From a virus: a DNA stretch of 64,000 nucleotides. Position 1 is the stretch's first letter. Each line of letters opens with the position of its first letter. The translations under genes were made by a program, and so were the position numbers. Below are positions 37,444 through 47,185 of this stretch, piece by piece. The DNA lies in IMG/VR virus record IMGVR_UViG_3300042731_006881, positions 1-64,000 of that record; one strand, given 5' to 3'. The notes below the pieces were generated by a model. That model searched no databases. It saw only the letters and a list, made by a program, of their open reading frames with translations, and was not told where the DNA came from.

Positions 37444-39006
37444 TCAGAACCCGCAGGACTCGCCGCCCCAACGGGAAAGTTGCATCGACGGGTCATTGAG
37501 CATCTCTTCGTTTGCTTCCTCAGCAAACGTCGTGTCAACAACGCTACCGTTCCAGATCGCAAGCGCCAAAGCGTCGTAGTAGTCGGTGGAGCGTCCCAGG
37601 CGTTTCTTGATGTCCGCCTTCTTCTCTACCTTGCGTGCACCGTTTGTGTGGAGTGAGTACTTTGGTGCAACGAGGTCAGATTCGAGCTTGGGGCAACTCG
37701 GGAATGCGCCTCCTTCTACGATCCAATTCCTCACCGAGTAGTGAAGCTCAGTGCGAAGGTTGTAGTATTCCTCCGGCTCAGTGCTCGACTCGCTTGCGTT
37801 TACCGGTACTACAGTGACGTTGTCGTCATCCTCGTAGTTCTGTCTGAGTAGGTCGTATGGGCCCGATCCGTGACCTCCGGTCGTGTCCAGCTTGATGCGA
37901 ACTCGCTCGCCAGGTTTCCTCATGTCGGATACCGTGCGAATAACCAGGCCCGTTACCTCGGTGTTGTCGAAGCCGTTGACCGCAACTGGAATGTACGCAA
38001 CCGTTCCACGAACTGGCTGCACCACGGTGTCGTCGTCGCCAAAACGCGCCACGTCGACACCAATGTCAAGAACCATTCCTGGCTCAATCTCTCCGTTCTC
38101 GACATCCTCCCACCGGGAAAGTGCAAGCTCGACGAGCGCGACACCGATCACCGAGTCGGCAGCCTGCGCCGGGAAGTTACCGTCTACGCGAACATCGTAG
38201 ATGGGATTGCCGGGGCCTCCGTACTTTTCCCGCATCTCCTCGACCCACTCCGGGGTCGCGAGTCCGGTGATCCGCCTGCCTCCTGGTTGGCAGTTTGGGG
38301 AATCCGCGCTCGAGATGTGGATTAGCGCGCCATCATCGTAGAGGTGACGCTGCGTCGTGAACGCTTCGTATAGCTCTCCAGACGTTTGCGTCGGGTTGCC
38401 CATCATGACCAGCCTGGCCCCGCCAGCGCGGTTTCCGTGGATGGCCTGGAAGATATCCTCGGGTACTCCAGAGGCTTCATCCACGATGTAGAGCACCTCC
38501 GCGCCAGAGATGCCAGAGAAGTTGTCGGGGTCTTTCGTCGAAAATCCGAAGATCTCTCGACCGTCGTCGAACTGGATTCCAGTTCCAGGGTCCTTCGGGA
38601 CCTCTGGCATGTGGTATCCGCGGGCTACCGCTAATTTTCGTAGCCTTCGCAGTTCCCGCCACAACACCTTTCGGATCTGACGGTCCGTTGGAGCAGTGAG
38701 TACAACACGAGCATCTTGCCGGGTGCAGGCAAACCACCATGCCAGCGCCGATACAACGAAGCTCTTGCCAACCTTGTGACCAGACCGGCACGCCACAAGC
38801 ATCGATACAACGACCGCCAGTGCAATCGCTGCCTGCCTGTCCCATGGCTCGCACCCGAAGACGTCGCAGACGAACCCAACCGGATCGTCGCGGTACTTGC
38901 TTAAGTCGCTAGGTGTTGGCTGGTGGCGTTTCGCCTTCCCCAGTCTCTTCTTCCTCTCCGTCGCCTTTCTCTTCCAGCGCATCGAGGAGCTTGAGGAACC
39001 ACTCAT
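37444..39006 (-). CDS. terL: terminase large subunit
   Basis: Walker A RSGHKVGKS, Walker B YIVDEASG, MMGNPT, nuclease IGVDVARFGDD and DYYDALAL; start uncertain. Confidence 0.95.
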   Translation of the reverse strand: MSGSSSSSMRWKRKATERKKRLGKAKRHQPTPSDLSKYRDDPVGFVCDVFGCEPWDRQAAIALAVVVSMLVACRSGHKVGKSFVVSALAWWFACTRQDARVVLTAPTDRQIRKVLWRELRRLRKLAVARGYHMPEVPKDPGTGIQFDDGREIFGFSTKDPDNFSGISGAEVLYIVDEASGVPEDIFQAIHGNRAGGARLVMMGNPTQTSGELYEAFTTQRHLYDDGALIHISSADSPNCQPGGRRITGLATPEWVEEMREKYGGPGNPIYDVRVDGNFPAQAADSVIGVALVELALSRWEDVENGEIEPGMVLDIGVDVARFGDDDTVVQPVRGTVAYIPVAVNGFDNTEVTGLVIRTVSDMRKPGERVRIKLDTTGGHGSGPYDLLRQNYEDDDNVTVVPVNASESSTEPEEYYNLRTELHYSVRNWIVEGGAFPSCPKLESDLVAPKYSLHTNGARKVEKKADIKKRLGRSTDYYDALALAIWNGSVVDTTFAEEANEEMLNDPSMQLSRWGGESCGF

Positions 39007-39421
39007 CAGGCAGCACTCGCTGTGCCGTGTCTAGCATCACGTCGAGCTCTCTTTCAATCTCGACACTCACGCGCTGCGAAAACTGCTTCGGGTAGGCTCG
39101 ACTCAAAACCTCCAGAGCAGCCTTTGCAGGACCGAACGAAACACCCCTGTCGTCTCCACTGAGAACCTTGCGAAGAAGACTCACCTTTGCGTCTGCACGT
39201 GCGCGGGTTACGGCCGTGAAAAACTCTCGGTGCACTCCATTTTGTTCATTCCGACCCCGAATCATCCATTTCCTGAATGTCGAGTCGTCGATGCCGCAAA
39301 CCTGTGCCGCATCCTCAATGTAGTGCCCTTCGCGAATGAGTCGCAGAAGCTTAGTCTTCGTACTGGCTGTGAGCTTAGTTGGCCTTCCAAACGGCTTGTT
39401 GTTGGCCTTCCTGGTAGCCAT
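38909..39421 (-). CDS. terS: terminase small subunit
   Basis: GRPTKLT..IREG.YIEDAA..GI..STF..W HTH; directly upstream of TerL. Confidence 0.85.
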   Translation of the reverse strand: MATRKANNKPFGRPTKLTASTKTKLLRLIREGHYIEDAAQVCGIDDSTFRKWMIRGRNEQNGVHREFFTAVTRARADAKVSLLRKVLSGDDRGVSFGPAKAALEVLSRAYPKQFSQRVSVEIERELDVMLDTAQRVLPDEWFLKLLDALEEKGDGEEEETGEGETPPANT

Positions 39422-39526
39422 TTTCTTCTCTCTGTTGTTTCAGATTGTATCCCCCTCAGTTTCTCTATCCCCTAGTCTTCCACCAGTGGGTGGCTGACAC
39501 GGTTCGATCCAACCTGAACCGTCCTG

Positions 39527-39907
39527 CTAAAGACTACGTCCTGGGGTGGTCGGCTCGGTCGGTTGTTGGCCAAGCGGCCTGCATACTGTACGCCTTAGTT
39601 TAATGTGTGAATTCCGCAACATGACTAGCTTTGCGTCGATATCTTCTACTCGGTCTCGTATTTCATAAATCGCCTTTGCTAACTCTCCATGATGGCGCAT
39701 GTAGGAAGCGAATGCGTCCACCGAAACGTACCAGTGCCCTCGCTGTCCCCAGCGTTTCATCACTTCGATTCCAGAGTCGTCGTGGATGGCTCGAATGTGG
39801 CGTTTCAGGGTGCGTGTGGAGTGCCCCGATATCTTCGCCGCCACGCTCATCAGCAGCCACCGCCCCTGGATTCGGTTCAGGTCATCGACCAGGTTACTCA
39901 CTGCCAA
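39527..39907 (-). CDS. HTH DNA-binding protein with coiled-coil tail
   Basis: LLMSVAAKISGHSTRTLKRHI..GHWYVS, MerR/Xis-like winged HTH. Confidence 0.6.
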   Translation of the reverse strand: MAVSNLVDDLNRIQGRWLLMSVAAKISGHSTRTLKRHIRAIHDDSGIEVMKRWGQRGHWYVSVDAFASYMRHHGELAKAIYEIRDRVEDIDAKLVMLRNSHIKLRRTVCRPLGQQPTEPTTPGRSL

Positions 39908-40005
39908 CCACCATCCTACAGATCATAGTTTTGTTCTTTCATTTCGCAACGTTGCGCTAGTTTTGCGGCAGGGTTCAGATCGCCGTCTTTGTGCTTGAAG
40001 AAGCA

Positions 40006-40767
40006 CTATTCGCTCAGCCATGCCTCAGCTACCACACGGCGAGCGTATGCGAAGGCCCGGTGAGCCTGCTTGGTTGCCTGCTCCGCGCGATTTCGTAGCG
40101 GACCAAGCGCAGCGTCGTCACCCATCTGTGCGAGGTTCAGGACTACCTCAAACTGGTCCTGGTGTGGTTTCTTCCTCTTCCCTGCCAGAATTGCCAATGC
40201 ATCCTTGAACGCAGCAACCACCGAGTCGTCGTGCGCCAGCAGCATCGCTACCCCAGACACCTCGCCAAACATGGCCTCCACCCCCTGAGGGAAGGTCATC
40301 CACGGGTGACGGACCAGCTCTGTCGCTTCGTCGACGTCAGAATTTGTTCTAAGCCGTCGTGTTGTTGTGTACTTCGGAACACGGACGACCGTCCCCATTG
40401 CTCTCTCTGGTAGTCGCAGACAGTATCGTGCAATGAGTACGCGGTGGGGGTGGAGTCCTCGACTCTGCCACCACCTAGGGCACCCGTGCCCGCTCGGAGT
40501 ATCTGGGGATGAACCGTGTGGAACCAGAGGAAGAACGCTTTCCCATACCATCCTGAGGCGGCTATGGCGCGCGCACTGCCTCCGGTTGATTGCAGGAGCT
40601 GCTCGCGGGACGTCACTTGGAACCCCTTTAGCACACCCGCTCATGATCGCAGCTATCTGACCTCCAAGGTTCGACTGCGCTCCAAGCGCCGAATCGGCTT
40701 CTGTAAGAAACCATTCGATGTCCGCAGAGTAGAGGTCAGAACGAAAAGTTGCTCTAGATACTGCCAT
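40006..40767 (-). CDS. hypothetical protein, possible late-gene regulator
   Basis: Start re-called at MAVSR; last early gene before packaging module; function inferred from position only. Confidence 0.5.
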   Translation of the reverse strand: MAVSRATFRSDLYSADIEWFLTEADSALGAQSNLGGQIAAIMSGCAKGVPSDVPRAAPAINRRQCARHSRLRMVWESVLPLVPHGSSPDTPSGHGCPRWWQSRGLHPHRVLIARYCLRLPERAMGTVVRVPKYTTTRRLRTNSDVDEATELVRHPWMTFPQGVEAMFGEVSGVAMLLAHDDSVVAAFKDALAILAGKRKKPHQDQFEVVLNLAQMGDDAALGPLRNRAEQATKQAHRAFAYARRVVAEAWLSE

Positions 40768-41026
40768 CCGATACCAGCTTCCCACTCCTAACACCTCCAG
40801 CCGTCTCTTCGAGCTTCCTAGCCCATTCATCCAGGCACTCTGGAGGCGGCTCCCACGTATCAGATGAGGCGTATTCAATCCGCTTGAGCCACGCGAGCAG
40901 ATCAAGCTTTTGCTGCTCACGGAGCCCCATGAACCACGTGAGCGAAGGGCACGTGATGCCTCCAATCCGTGTGATGAGCAGCTTCATCCGTTTGCTGCAT
41001 TCGGCTTCAATGCACAGCGATCCCAT
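40754..41026 (-). CDS. hypothetical protein
   Basis: GGAGG RBS; N-terminal LCIEAEC shared with 41451..41936. Confidence 0.55.
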   Translation of the reverse strand: MGSLCIEAECSKRMKLLITRIGGITCPSLTWFMGLREQQKLDLLAWLKRIEYASSDTWEPPPECLDEWARKLEETAGGVRSGKLVSDGSI

Positions 41027-41173
41027 CTATTCCTCCATTCCTGCTCGCTCTCTCCGAGCGGTTTCCAGCATCTTGCTAACGTCAGCGAACAGTGCCTCGT
41101 AAAGCGAGACAACTTCTGCCATATCGAACGCCTTCTTGAGCCCATCGCTGCTGATTCTCTCCATCGCGGTCAT
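41027..41173 (-). CDS. small helical protein (48 aa, not in ORF track)
   Basis: MTAMERISSDGLKKAFDMAEVVSLYEALFADVSKMLETARRERAGMEE*; fills the gap exactly. Confidence 0.5.
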   Translation of the reverse strand: MTAMERISSDGLKKAFDMAEVVSLYEALFADVSKMLETARRERAGMEE

Positions 41174-41454
41174 GCAGGAACCCACTTTCCTTCACGCACA
41201 AATCCGTGAAGCTTGCATCGTGTACAGAGCAGCGACGGGCTCAGTGTTATCGGTTCTAGTGACTGGACATTCCAGCCGTTGCTCCAGGTTGGCTGCAGTG
41301 GAATCGCATCCTCACGAAGACATCCTAGGCAGGAGTGCTCGTATTCTAGCGCATCAATCTCTCCATCGAAATAGCGGACCCTTGCGCGAACTCCATGGCC
41401 AAGGTCCTGCCACTCTCCGAGAGAGAATCGCTCATCCATGTTGCTCAGAGTCAT
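41170..41454 (-). CDS. DUF6527-like Zn-binding protein
   Basis: W....E.ITLSPSLLC..C.LHGFVREGKW. Confidence 0.65.
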   Translation of the reverse strand: MTLSNMDERFSLGEWQDLGHGVRARVRYFDGEIDALEYEHSCLGCLREDAIPLQPTWSNGWNVQSLEPITLSPSLLCTRCKLHGFVREGKWVPA

Positions 41455-41936
41455 GGCATCTCGAACGGTTTCAGGTCTCCGCGCAGATACAGCGGGTGCG
41501 CTGGTGACCGGTCTCTGTTTAGTTTCAGCGCATTCTGCGCCTTGCCAATACTCCGTACCAACTCTAGCACGTACTCTCCACGCTCGTTGTCTGGTCCTAT
41601 GGCACGAGGATCTGGTGGTACAAGCTTCGGGTTGGTCTCACGCCACGCTCGAACGTTGGCGACCCAGCACCACCCATAACCCCATCCACCAGCGTATCCA
41701 ACTGCTCTGGTAACCGTTGGGTCCATAGCCTCCGGTGTCGCCGTCGATGGATTCGCGAGGATGAAGAGGCATACACGGTCGTTCACGCAACACGTTGGGT
41801 ACCGCAGCAGGTAACGGAACCGACGCCCGCGGCAGAACGGATCACCACACTGCTCGTGCTCCTCACACTCAGAGAACTCAGCCGATGGGACTGCATCTTT
41901 GCATTCGGCTTCAATGCACAGTGTTTCGTAGTTCAT
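41451..41936 (-). CDS. DUF1643-family protein, apparently internally deleted
   Basis: RFRYLL, FILANPSTA...DPTV.R, GPDN, PAHPLYL; the central AWG segment I recall for this family is missing. Confidence 0.7.
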   Translation of the reverse strand: MNYETLCIEAECKDAVPSAEFSECEEHEQCGDPFCRGRRFRYLLRYPTCCVNDRVCLFILANPSTATPEAMDPTVTRAVGYAGGWGYGWCWVANVRAWRETNPKLVPPDPRAIGPDNERGEYVLELVRSIGKAQNALKLNRDRSPAHPLYLRGDLKPFEMP

Positions 41937-42261
41937 CTATTCCTCCATTCCTGCTCGCTATCCAAACCTCCATGCTTGCTCGCCCACTTCCGCACGCATT
42001 GCTGCCAGCGCGCGTCGAGGTGTTCCTGATATAGCTTCTGCTCACGCTCGATCCGCTCTGACTCCTGTTCTGCGATGCGGCGCTCGATTTCTCCCTCCCT
42101 CGCTGCCACCTCTGCCTTGAGTTCGTCGATGCTGAAGCTGGAGATGGGGTTCAGTGTCGGGAAGTCACCATGTAGAGACAGCCGCACGATAGGAAGCGGG
42201 TCGATGAACTTCGCTGCGGCCGCGTACTGCATCGCGGTCAGCAGTGCGTTGGTAGCGCTAT
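41933..42261 (-). CDS. hypothetical protein with coiled coil
   Basis: 3' part of ORF 41933..42352; true start uncertain because the 5' part overlaps DUF5131. Confidence 0.4.
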
Positions 42262-43136
42262 CGGCCACTACACACCTCCGGCCATTCACGAGGCCACGGT
42301 CCACCAGGCCAATGCTGCGGATCCCCCCCCTTTCGGTCATGCTGGTTGGCAATCTGCTTGGTGAAGAACGGGACTTTTGCTTTGTGGCATTGATCGCGTA
42401 GCGACTCAGCCCAACTAAGATCCATTTGTCTAGCTCCAGGGCCAGACTCTGAACCTGCGATCACCCAGTCGAGCGTGTGGTCCGCGTCACGGCATGGTCT
42501 ACCCATGTCCGTGTTGCGGCCCGTCAGGGAGTCAAGTTGATAGAATGGTCCGCCGGGGTGGGCGCGTTCGGCGTCGATGTGCTCGAGATCTATTGGGCCC
42601 AAAAATGGCTCTGCGCTCACGAACCTCACTGCAGCAGGAGTCTGCAGCAGCATCGGGATGCGCTTGTCTGCGGTGGCCTGGTTCTCGACGGATACGCCGA
42701 TCCATACGTTTGGAATGTGCCAACGCGGTGGGTACAGAAAAAGCTCATTCCACCTAGAGAACCACTCCAACATCCGCTGAGCCCTCTTCGTCAGCACCTG
42801 AAACGTGTGCTGAGGACAGGCAGCCATCACGCCGAACACTGTCGCAATTTGCTCATCGGACAGCATCCCGTGGAACAGGTCGCTCATGCTTGCCACGAAC
42901 ACCATGCGAGGCTTGCGCCACCGCAGCGGTGCGTCGAGCATCTCCGGAACGAAGCGTACCTCGCCAGTCCATATCGGACCACGCTTGCTGAGCATAGTCA
43001 GCCCCTCGTATGGCAGACACGATCCGCTGAAACGGTGCGCCATTCGCATCGCGTAGCAGTTTCGGCACCCTTCCGAGACGCGGGAGCATCCTCGCACCGG
43101 ATTCCACGTTTCGGTCGTCCACTCGATTTTGCTCAT
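42258..43136 (-). CDS. phage Gp37/Gp68 (DUF5131) radical-SAM-like protein
   Basis: SKIEWT..TWNP.RGC.RVS.GC.NCYA, FV.SMSDLFH, FQVLTKR, WVIAG.ESG. Confidence 0.95.
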   Translation of the reverse strand: MSKIEWTTETWNPVRGCSRVSEGCRNCYAMRMAHRFSGSCLPYEGLTMLSKRGPIWTGEVRFVPEMLDAPLRWRKPRMVFVASMSDLFHGMLSDEQIATVFGVMAACPQHTFQVLTKRAQRMLEWFSRWNELFLYPPRWHIPNVWIGVSVENQATADKRIPMLLQTPAAVRFVSAEPFLGPIDLEHIDAERAHPGGPFYQLDSLTGRNTDMGRPCRDADHTLDWVIAGSESGPGARQMDLSWAESLRDQCHKAKVPFFTKQIANQHDRKGGDPQHWPGGPWPREWPEVCSGR

Positions 43137-43636
43137 GCTTGCTCCAGCTTTCTTACCCGATCACGAAGCGATCTGATGTCTTTCTGTATGCGCTTGCTTC
43201 GGTCTAGCTCTCTTGACACATCCTCGCGAGCCTTCTCCAACAAGTACTTTGTTAGAGAACTTTTCGTGGTGAACACCAGACTGGCGTCGTGCAAACAAAC
43301 ACGGTCGTGCGAAACGAGTTCAACCACTTCACCGCCTCCGAACGGGTACCGGTCACTGTGGCTTCGGGGTCTCCTGCTTCCTTTGATCATCAGCCGCTCC
43401 GTGAACTCTGGCTCGTCATCGTAGCGATTCTGCGGAACGACAAACACCTTCTGTGTCGAATGCCACTGAGCCACGCAAGCGGCAGGGTCAGTGTAGACGC
43501 GCGCTGACGGGATTACATCAGCCCGATTGCTAGACTTCTTCGCCATCAGGAATGCTACACGCCCTACAATCGCACCCCATCGCTCCTTTGGCGCGTTCTT
43601 GCGCTTGTCCCATATGTACAGCTTTTGTAGTTTCAC
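43133..43636 (-). CDS. hypothetical protein
   Basis: GAGG RBS, ATGA overlap downstream. Confidence 0.55.
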   Translation of the reverse strand: MKLQKLYIWDKRKNAPKERWGAIVGRVAFLMAKKSSNRADVIPSARVYTDPAACVAQWHSTQKVFVVPQNRYDDEPEFTERLMIKGSRRPRSHSDRYPFGGGEVVELVSHDRVCLHDASLVFTTKSSLTKYLLEKAREDVSRELDRSKRIQKDIRSLRDRVRKLEQA

Positions 43637-43720
43637 AGTCTTTCCTCAATGTGGTGTTGTCTTCACCAGTGGTCGCTCTGGATGCATACCAGTCACTGCT
43701 GTCCAATAGCGAGTAGGCCA

Positions 43721-44230
43721 TCAGAACCCCCTCGCTATTAACATCCTCGCTATCTTCAGCTCATTCTCGAGCTCAGCAATTCGCTCACGAAGTCGCTTGC
43801 ATGCAGCTCTCGCCCCACACCTGATCCTCCTCGCGTGAACGGTGGTACCGGAGAGGCTTGGTGCCAGCGGATACACGTCGCACACGTCGGTTGCGTTTGG
43901 GACTTCGATCTTGATCGAACACCACTTATCCCGGTGAACTCCGCCTGATTCGATGCTGTCAGCAATCTGTCTGGCAGCATCGGCAGAATCGTATTTTCCG
44001 ATCTTGCGCCAGTCTCTCTCCAGCCGGCGCCACCAGTACGCATAGACGTCTCTCTCAATCGCGTCAGCTGCGTTCCTGAGAGCTTGGGCCACTGGATCTA
44101 GCGAGTCAGCTGTCCCCAACAACGCGCGCGATCCAATCGATCCGTCTGGACGCACGCACATCCTGATGAGCTCTGGGACGGCCTCCAACGAGTTGGCGAT
44201 TTCGCGTAGTCGGTTCATCTCAGCGACCAT
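43721..44230 (-). CDS. hypothetical protein with C-terminal coiled coil
   Basis: ORF in early operon; ends KRLRERIAELENEL. Confidence 0.5.
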   Translation of the reverse strand: MVAEMNRLREIANSLEAVPELIRMCVRPDGSIGSRALLGTADSLDPVAQALRNAADAIERDVYAYWWRRLERDWRKIGKYDSADAARQIADSIESGGVHRDKWCSIKIEVPNATDVCDVYPLAPSLSGTTVHARRIRCGARAACKRLRERIAELENELKIARMLIARGF

Positions 44231-44382
44231 TTCGACACATCCAGCAGGTTCATGCTGCCCTCTTCAGTTGCTCCTGGCACCAGAGCACCACTGAGCCGGG
44301 AGGGTCGGTCTTTACGCTCTCCAGCAACGATCTGGTGACCCATCACCTCAACGATTGCCCAGACGGAGAATTCCTCGCTCAT
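44215..44382 (-). pseudogene. probable truncated phage gene (WAIVEVMGH motif)
   Basis: 55-aa ORF MSEEFSVWAIVEVMGHQIVAG.. that diverges after about 22 aa from the longer phage proteins I recall with this N-terminus. Confidence 0.35.
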
Positions 44383-44726
44383 TGGTAGCCACTCCCGTCG
44401 TCCACGATGACGCGCTCATGACCATGGTGTATTGGTGGTGGATCTGGCCGATGCATCGGTATCCCTGCCTCGGTCAACAGTTGCTCGATCGCGTCGGCTG
44501 CTCCGAGCTCTAGCGAGTTGTCCGTCTTCATGCATGCGCGGTCCAGGAAGAGCGCTCTTGCTACTCGGAGGGACTCTGCCCAGCCCTTCCATGGGCTCAA
44601 GTTCCGAAAATGGTGTACAACTAACCTTTGTGCACCATCGCGACAAGAAGCTCGAGCGACAGCAATTTCAACCTCGTAGACTATCATATCTACGACGGCT
44701 TCTATTCCTCTACTCATCTTCATCAA
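44379..44726 (-). CDS. hypothetical protein
   Basis: Overlaps dnaB stop and next start. Confidence 0.55.
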   Translation of the reverse strand: MMKMSRGIEAVVDMIVYEVEIAVARASCRDGAQRLVVHHFRNLSPWKGWAESLRVARALFLDRACMKTDNSLELGAADAIEQLLTEAGIPMHRPDPPPIHHGHERVIVDDGSGYQ

Positions 44727-47185
44727 TCCAAACTCCTATCAAATCCCCAGTCGTCAACGTCACCCGGGCGCGGCCTGGCGTAGGACGGCTCCTCATCGAT
44801 TTCCTCCAGGTTGTCGAAGCGCGTGTATGCCGACGTGAACCTAGTCCGCACAGTCCCTGTTGGACCATTTCGCTGCTTCGCGATGATGACCTCCGCAACG
44901 CCCATGTCAACGCTATCCATGTTGTAGTATTCATCACGGTAGATGAATATGATAGTGTCGGCGTCCTGCTCAATTGCCCCTGACTCGCGCAAATCGCTCA
45001 GCTGAGGGCGCTTGTCATGTCGAGACTCCACCGAGCGATTCAATTGTGATAGCGCTAGTACAGGAACTTCGAGCTCTTTAGCCAACTGCTTGAGCCCGCG
45101 CGACAACTCGCTGACCTCCTGCTCCCTGCTATGCGCATTCCGCCTTCCGCGCATGAGTTGCAGATAGTCGATCGCGATGAGACCGAGGCGCTTCCCTTTG
45201 TGTCTGAGCTCCGCCTGATACCGGCGCGATTTCGCCCGCACTTCTCCGAGCGATATTGCAGGAGTGTCGTCCACCCGAAGCAGCATGTGCTGGAATGCTC
45301 TAGACTTGTCGGTGATGCGACTCCAATCGTCGGAGTTGAGAGATCCGCTCCTGAGTCGCGACACATCAACCCGCGCTTCCGCAGCAAGGAGACGCAACGC
45401 CAATTGCTCAGTCGGCATCTCGAGCGAGAAGAATGCCGCAGCCAAATCGCTCTGCTCCCAATTTCCAGGGGTTACCTCGCGCGCCCCAGTCATGTTCGCA
45501 GCCACGTTGAGGACGTAGCTCGTATTGTGGGTAACAATGAACCCCTCGGTAACGAACATCCCATCCTCGTTGCTTACCTTGATGCAAGTGCAACTGCTCC
45601 GACCGGTTGGTATCACCCTTGCGATATATCGCTCGCGAAGTCGAAGTTCCCCACCAACCCACTTCTTCAAATTCTTGTCGCTGCTCACGGGCATGATATC
45701 CCCACCGGGGAACGAAAGGTTGATCCTCCAGTACTGTCTCGCGCTGCATAGTTCCCCGTTCTTCCGATACGATCCTTGGTGCTCTGCTGATTTCGCTCTA
45801 CCACCGAGCGACCTAACCAGGAACTCAACGTCATCGCGCAGCTTCTCCGATGTAGTGCAGTATTCAATTCCCTTCCCGTGCGGGTCGCAGACATAACCGT
45901 CTGAATCGCACAAGCCGTTGAGAAGAAGTTGCCGATGCTCCCAGCACCCTAGCAGGTACGCCTCTGGAATGAACTTCTCGTGCGACCTACAACATAGCAG
46001 ACCCAACGCCATCAGGTACCGTTTGATCCCCAACAGTGAAACTCCACCACATCCATCGTTGAACCTGCTAGAACCACCTTCCCAACGCTGTTCGACGCAG
46101 AAGACAACGTCTTTCTCTGGGTTGTGTATTCGCTGCCCACTACCATCCCCGAGCCATACACCAAGCACGTATGGGTCAATCGGAATCTCGGATGGTTCCC
46201 GTTCAGACCACCGCATCTTCGCAGCAAACTGGATGCTATGATTCAATCCTCCATCTGAACGATGAAGTGTTCTGGCAATATCCGCCGTGGTACGCACTGC
46301 TCCACACAAACCAGCGCGCCTATCAGATCGTGTACGAGTCACCCACAGGTGCTCGCCGCACACCTCTACCGAGCAACCGTCTGATGTTTCAACAGAAAAC
46401 GTCTCCTTCGTTCCTTGTGGAAATACACCCTGCACAATAGTTGGTAACCCGTCGGCTCCCATCACCAGATCGCCAACTCGCAGCGACTCTACGCGCTTCC
46501 ATCCACCCGGCGTCAGTACTCGCTGTCCATCCTTCAGGGCCTTCCCCATCCCGGGCCTCCCAGCCACGATGAAGAGCTCTCCAGGGTGCATCCCCGTCGT
46601 GAGTCTGTCCACATCGTCAAAACCAGTTCTAGCTCCGGTCACTCCGCTCGCGCCCGACCTCGATGCGGTTGCCACCGACTCGAGAGCTTCTCCCACCGCT
46701 TCGCCGATATCGACCATTGATCGCGCCGATCCGGCCTGGGCGATCGCCGAGAGTTTCTGCTCCGTTGCGTCGATGTATTCCTGTGGGTCCCCACAATCTC
46801 CGTGGGCCTCCGCCGCTGCCCTCTGGCACACGCTAATGAAGCGCCGCAGACGCGCCTTGTCGCGTACCGTCTCGGCGTGCTGGACTACGTTCGATATCGC
46901 CGGTGTCGCATGGGTGACACGCACGAGGTACTCGGTGCCTCCGACCCGATCGAGCTGGCCAGCGTCCTTCAGCCGCCCGCGGATCGAAACCAGGTCAACC
47001 GCGGATCCGTCGGAGCTGACACCGATGACTGCCTGAAACAGGATCCGGTGAGCGTCCGAGTAGAAATCAGCTGGCTCAACCAGTCCGTCCACGAGGTCTA
47101 GCGATGGGTCCGGGTGCAGGATGCAGGCGCTCAGCACAGCCACCTCGGCCTCAATGTCGTGCGGGGGTAACGAACCGTCGCTCAC
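44723..47185 (-). CDS. dnaB: replicative DNA helicase DnaB, intein-containing
   Basis: PPHDIEAE, AGRPGMGK/T, FFSLEM, IDYLQLM, LSQLNR, LSDLRESGAIEQDAD, KQRNGPTG. Confidence 0.97.
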   Translation of the reverse strand: MSDGSLPPHDIEAEVAVLSACILHPDPSLDLVDGLVEPADFYSDAHRILFQAVIGVSSDGSAVDLVSIRGRLKDAGQLDRVGGTEYLVRVTHATPAISNVVQHAETVRDKARLRRFISVCQRAAAEAHGDCGDPQEYIDATEQKLSAIAQAGSARSMVDIGEAVGEALESVATASRSGASGVTGARTGFDDVDRLTTGMHPGELFIVAGRPGMGKALKDGQRVLTPGGWKRVESLRVGDLVMGADGLPTIVQGVFPQGTKETFSVETSDGCSVEVCGEHLWVTRTRSDRRAGLCGAVRTTADIARTLHRSDGGLNHSIQFAAKMRWSEREPSEIPIDPYVLGVWLGDGSGQRIHNPEKDVVFCVEQRWEGGSSRFNDGCGGVSLLGIKRYLMALGLLCCRSHEKFIPEAYLLGCWEHRQLLLNGLCDSDGYVCDPHGKGIEYCTTSEKLRDDVEFLVRSLGGRAKSAEHQGSYRKNGELCSARQYWRINLSFPGGDIMPVSSDKNLKKWVGGELRLRERYIARVIPTGRSSCTCIKVSNEDGMFVTEGFIVTHNTSYVLNVAANMTGAREVTPGNWEQSDLAAAFFSLEMPTEQLALRLLAAEARVDVSRLRSGSLNSDDWSRITDKSRAFQHMLLRVDDTPAISLGEVRAKSRRYQAELRHKGKRLGLIAIDYLQLMRGRRNAHSREQEVSELSRGLKQLAKELEVPVLALSQLNRSVESRHDKRPQLSDLRESGAIEQDADTIIFIYRDEYYNMDSVDMGVAEVIIAKQRNGPTGTVRTRFTSAYTRFDNLEEIDEEPSYARPRPGDVDDWGFDRSLD
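45524..46540 (-). mobile_element. intein (339 aa) with LAGLIDADG homing endonuclease, class-3 signature
   Basis: Inserted at P-loop GK|T; starts ALKDGQRVLTP, ends IVTHN; EHLW, CTCIKV; endonuclease blocks LGVWLGDGS and LNGLCDSDG. Confidence 0.9.

Noticed and set aside
39499-39522. GGTTCGATCC as a fourth T-arm
   Set aside because: It lacks a T-stem and acceptor pairing; it is part of a simple ACGGTTC/GAACCGT hairpin.
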